This document shows, in pieces, positions 62,621-64,000 of a DNA stretch of 64,000 nt. Source of the DNA: Pristiophorus japonicus (taxonomy: Eukaryota). The notes beneath the pieces were generated by a model. That model was not told where the DNA came from and searched no databases. It saw only the letters and a program-made list of their open reading frames with translations. The stretch spans positions 61,442,001 through 61,506,000 of the forward strand of contig NC_091999.1 of the NCBI RefSeq assembly GCF_044704955.1, given 5' to 3'. Each line of letters begins with the position of its first letter. Within the stretch, counting starts at the first letter, position 1. The position numbers and the translations under genes were made by a program.

Positions 62621-64000
62621 TACTCCAGTTATTCACAAAATGCCCGTAAGTTAATGATTAAATATATTCTGCTACTTCTTGAAAATAGTTTCCAGAATGG
62701 TCAGTGTAAAACTAGAGGATAACAATTCATGCAGACCATCTGGGGCACTGAAACTGAATGAGCAAATGGAGGAGAGACATTGTTCATCAATTTAATATTA
62801 ATAAGAATTAAACATAGCTCTCAGATATGATTTGTGCTTTGTCTACCGTTCTATTCCGCATACAGCAGCGTTTTGGGAGATAGGATTTTGTTTTAAATTC
62901 AAAATAAGATGAACCTTTTGTAAGTAAATTAATCTGCTTGAATTTCAATGGATTATTTGCTGTCTCCAGCCATACGCAGTCGGAACCTGCCTTGAATTTC
63001 AATATAATTACATGAACAATTCTTTGACTGCCAGCGACGCCTGTCTCTCAGCTTTTGTTCTTGCAAAGTGTTCAAGATTAACTTAGTGATAATTCTATCA
63101 AACAACACACAATATTGATTCAATAACAAATTTCTGCTACACAGTGAGAATGTCATACCCCGGCAGATATATTAAATTGATAAAATGGAATTTGCAACAC
63201 GGCTTTAAGTTATAATTAATTGCACTCAGTCATTCATCTGTGTAAACAAGAGGTAGCAAGTAATTGAACTCCCGACTCAAACTGAACACAGCGGTGGAAT
63301 CAGTATGTTGTTAATGAAATAATTGCAGGCATAATTAATAACTGTATCCAGCCTCTAAAAGTTTCTGCTTCCCTTAATGGTGCCCAGTGTAGAGCAGGAT
63401 TTTTGAAGGCGAATAATATTAAGTAAATGAACATTGGACTTATAGCATATTTGAATAACATTCAGAGATATTATTGCATTATAATCGGTTGGTTAATAGT
63501 AATTTAATCCAACTACAACCTGAATAAGTTAATTATGTAGATGGCAACTAGTTACATTTCACATATTAATATACCAGCATCGTCAACATTGATTAATAGT
63601 TGAATATATAATTATCACTTCAATAATTGTGATGTTAAAATACCTTTCAATAATTTCTGATGTGTAAACCCGTCCTGTTCTTTGCCTACCGACTGTTTTC
63701 AAACAGTTTCAAAATACATATCGTGTTTGGATTCGATCAGAAACCTGCTGCTGTCACCGATATTAAACATTGTAGAAACGCCAAACAGTTTCACAAATTC
63801 TAGGTATTCTGAGTAACACAGGCACAAACTCTCCTCAGCAGATCAACACTAAATCACATCGCTGAGGGGCGGAATCCCTCGACAGAACCTTTCATGGAGC
63901 AGATCCGTAATTCTATAAACCCTTTCAGCAGAATCAAATGTATCATTGCAAAAAATCTCATTACACAATCATCAAACCCGCCTAACACTGAAACAACGAA

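Overview
Vertebrate genomic DNA, almost certainly from a cartilaginous fish (shark or ray); it is not prokaryotic. The window contains: (i) two paralogous IgM heavy-chain constant-region pseudogene clusters on the minus strand. Bases 1-7173 are a near-copy of 55491-62451, and the right copy retains Cmu1-Cmu4 plus the secretory tail. (ii) One apparently intact two-exon GPR139/GPR142-like orphan GPCR (16885->13381) between the clusters. (iii) Three degenerate endogenous retroviruses with different LTRs and tRNA primer-binding sites; one has both LTRs and an unusual short-SU/long-TM env. (iv) Several minisatellites and low-complexity tracts. (v) A 21.6-kb nested insertion: a CR1-type LINE sits inside the Asn codon of the IgM secretory tail (MDTF-N-SCQ*). 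At one site in that CR1's RT sequence lie four head-to-tail Tx1-clade retrotransposon copies (two full-length, one internally deleted, one 3'-only), each preceded by the same ~16-bp CR1 motif GGTCCTTGTGCATGAA. The best candidate for a new system is therefore a sequence-specific Tx1 retrotransposon that targets CR1 LINEs. Identities quoted are by-eye estimates; no database searches were run.
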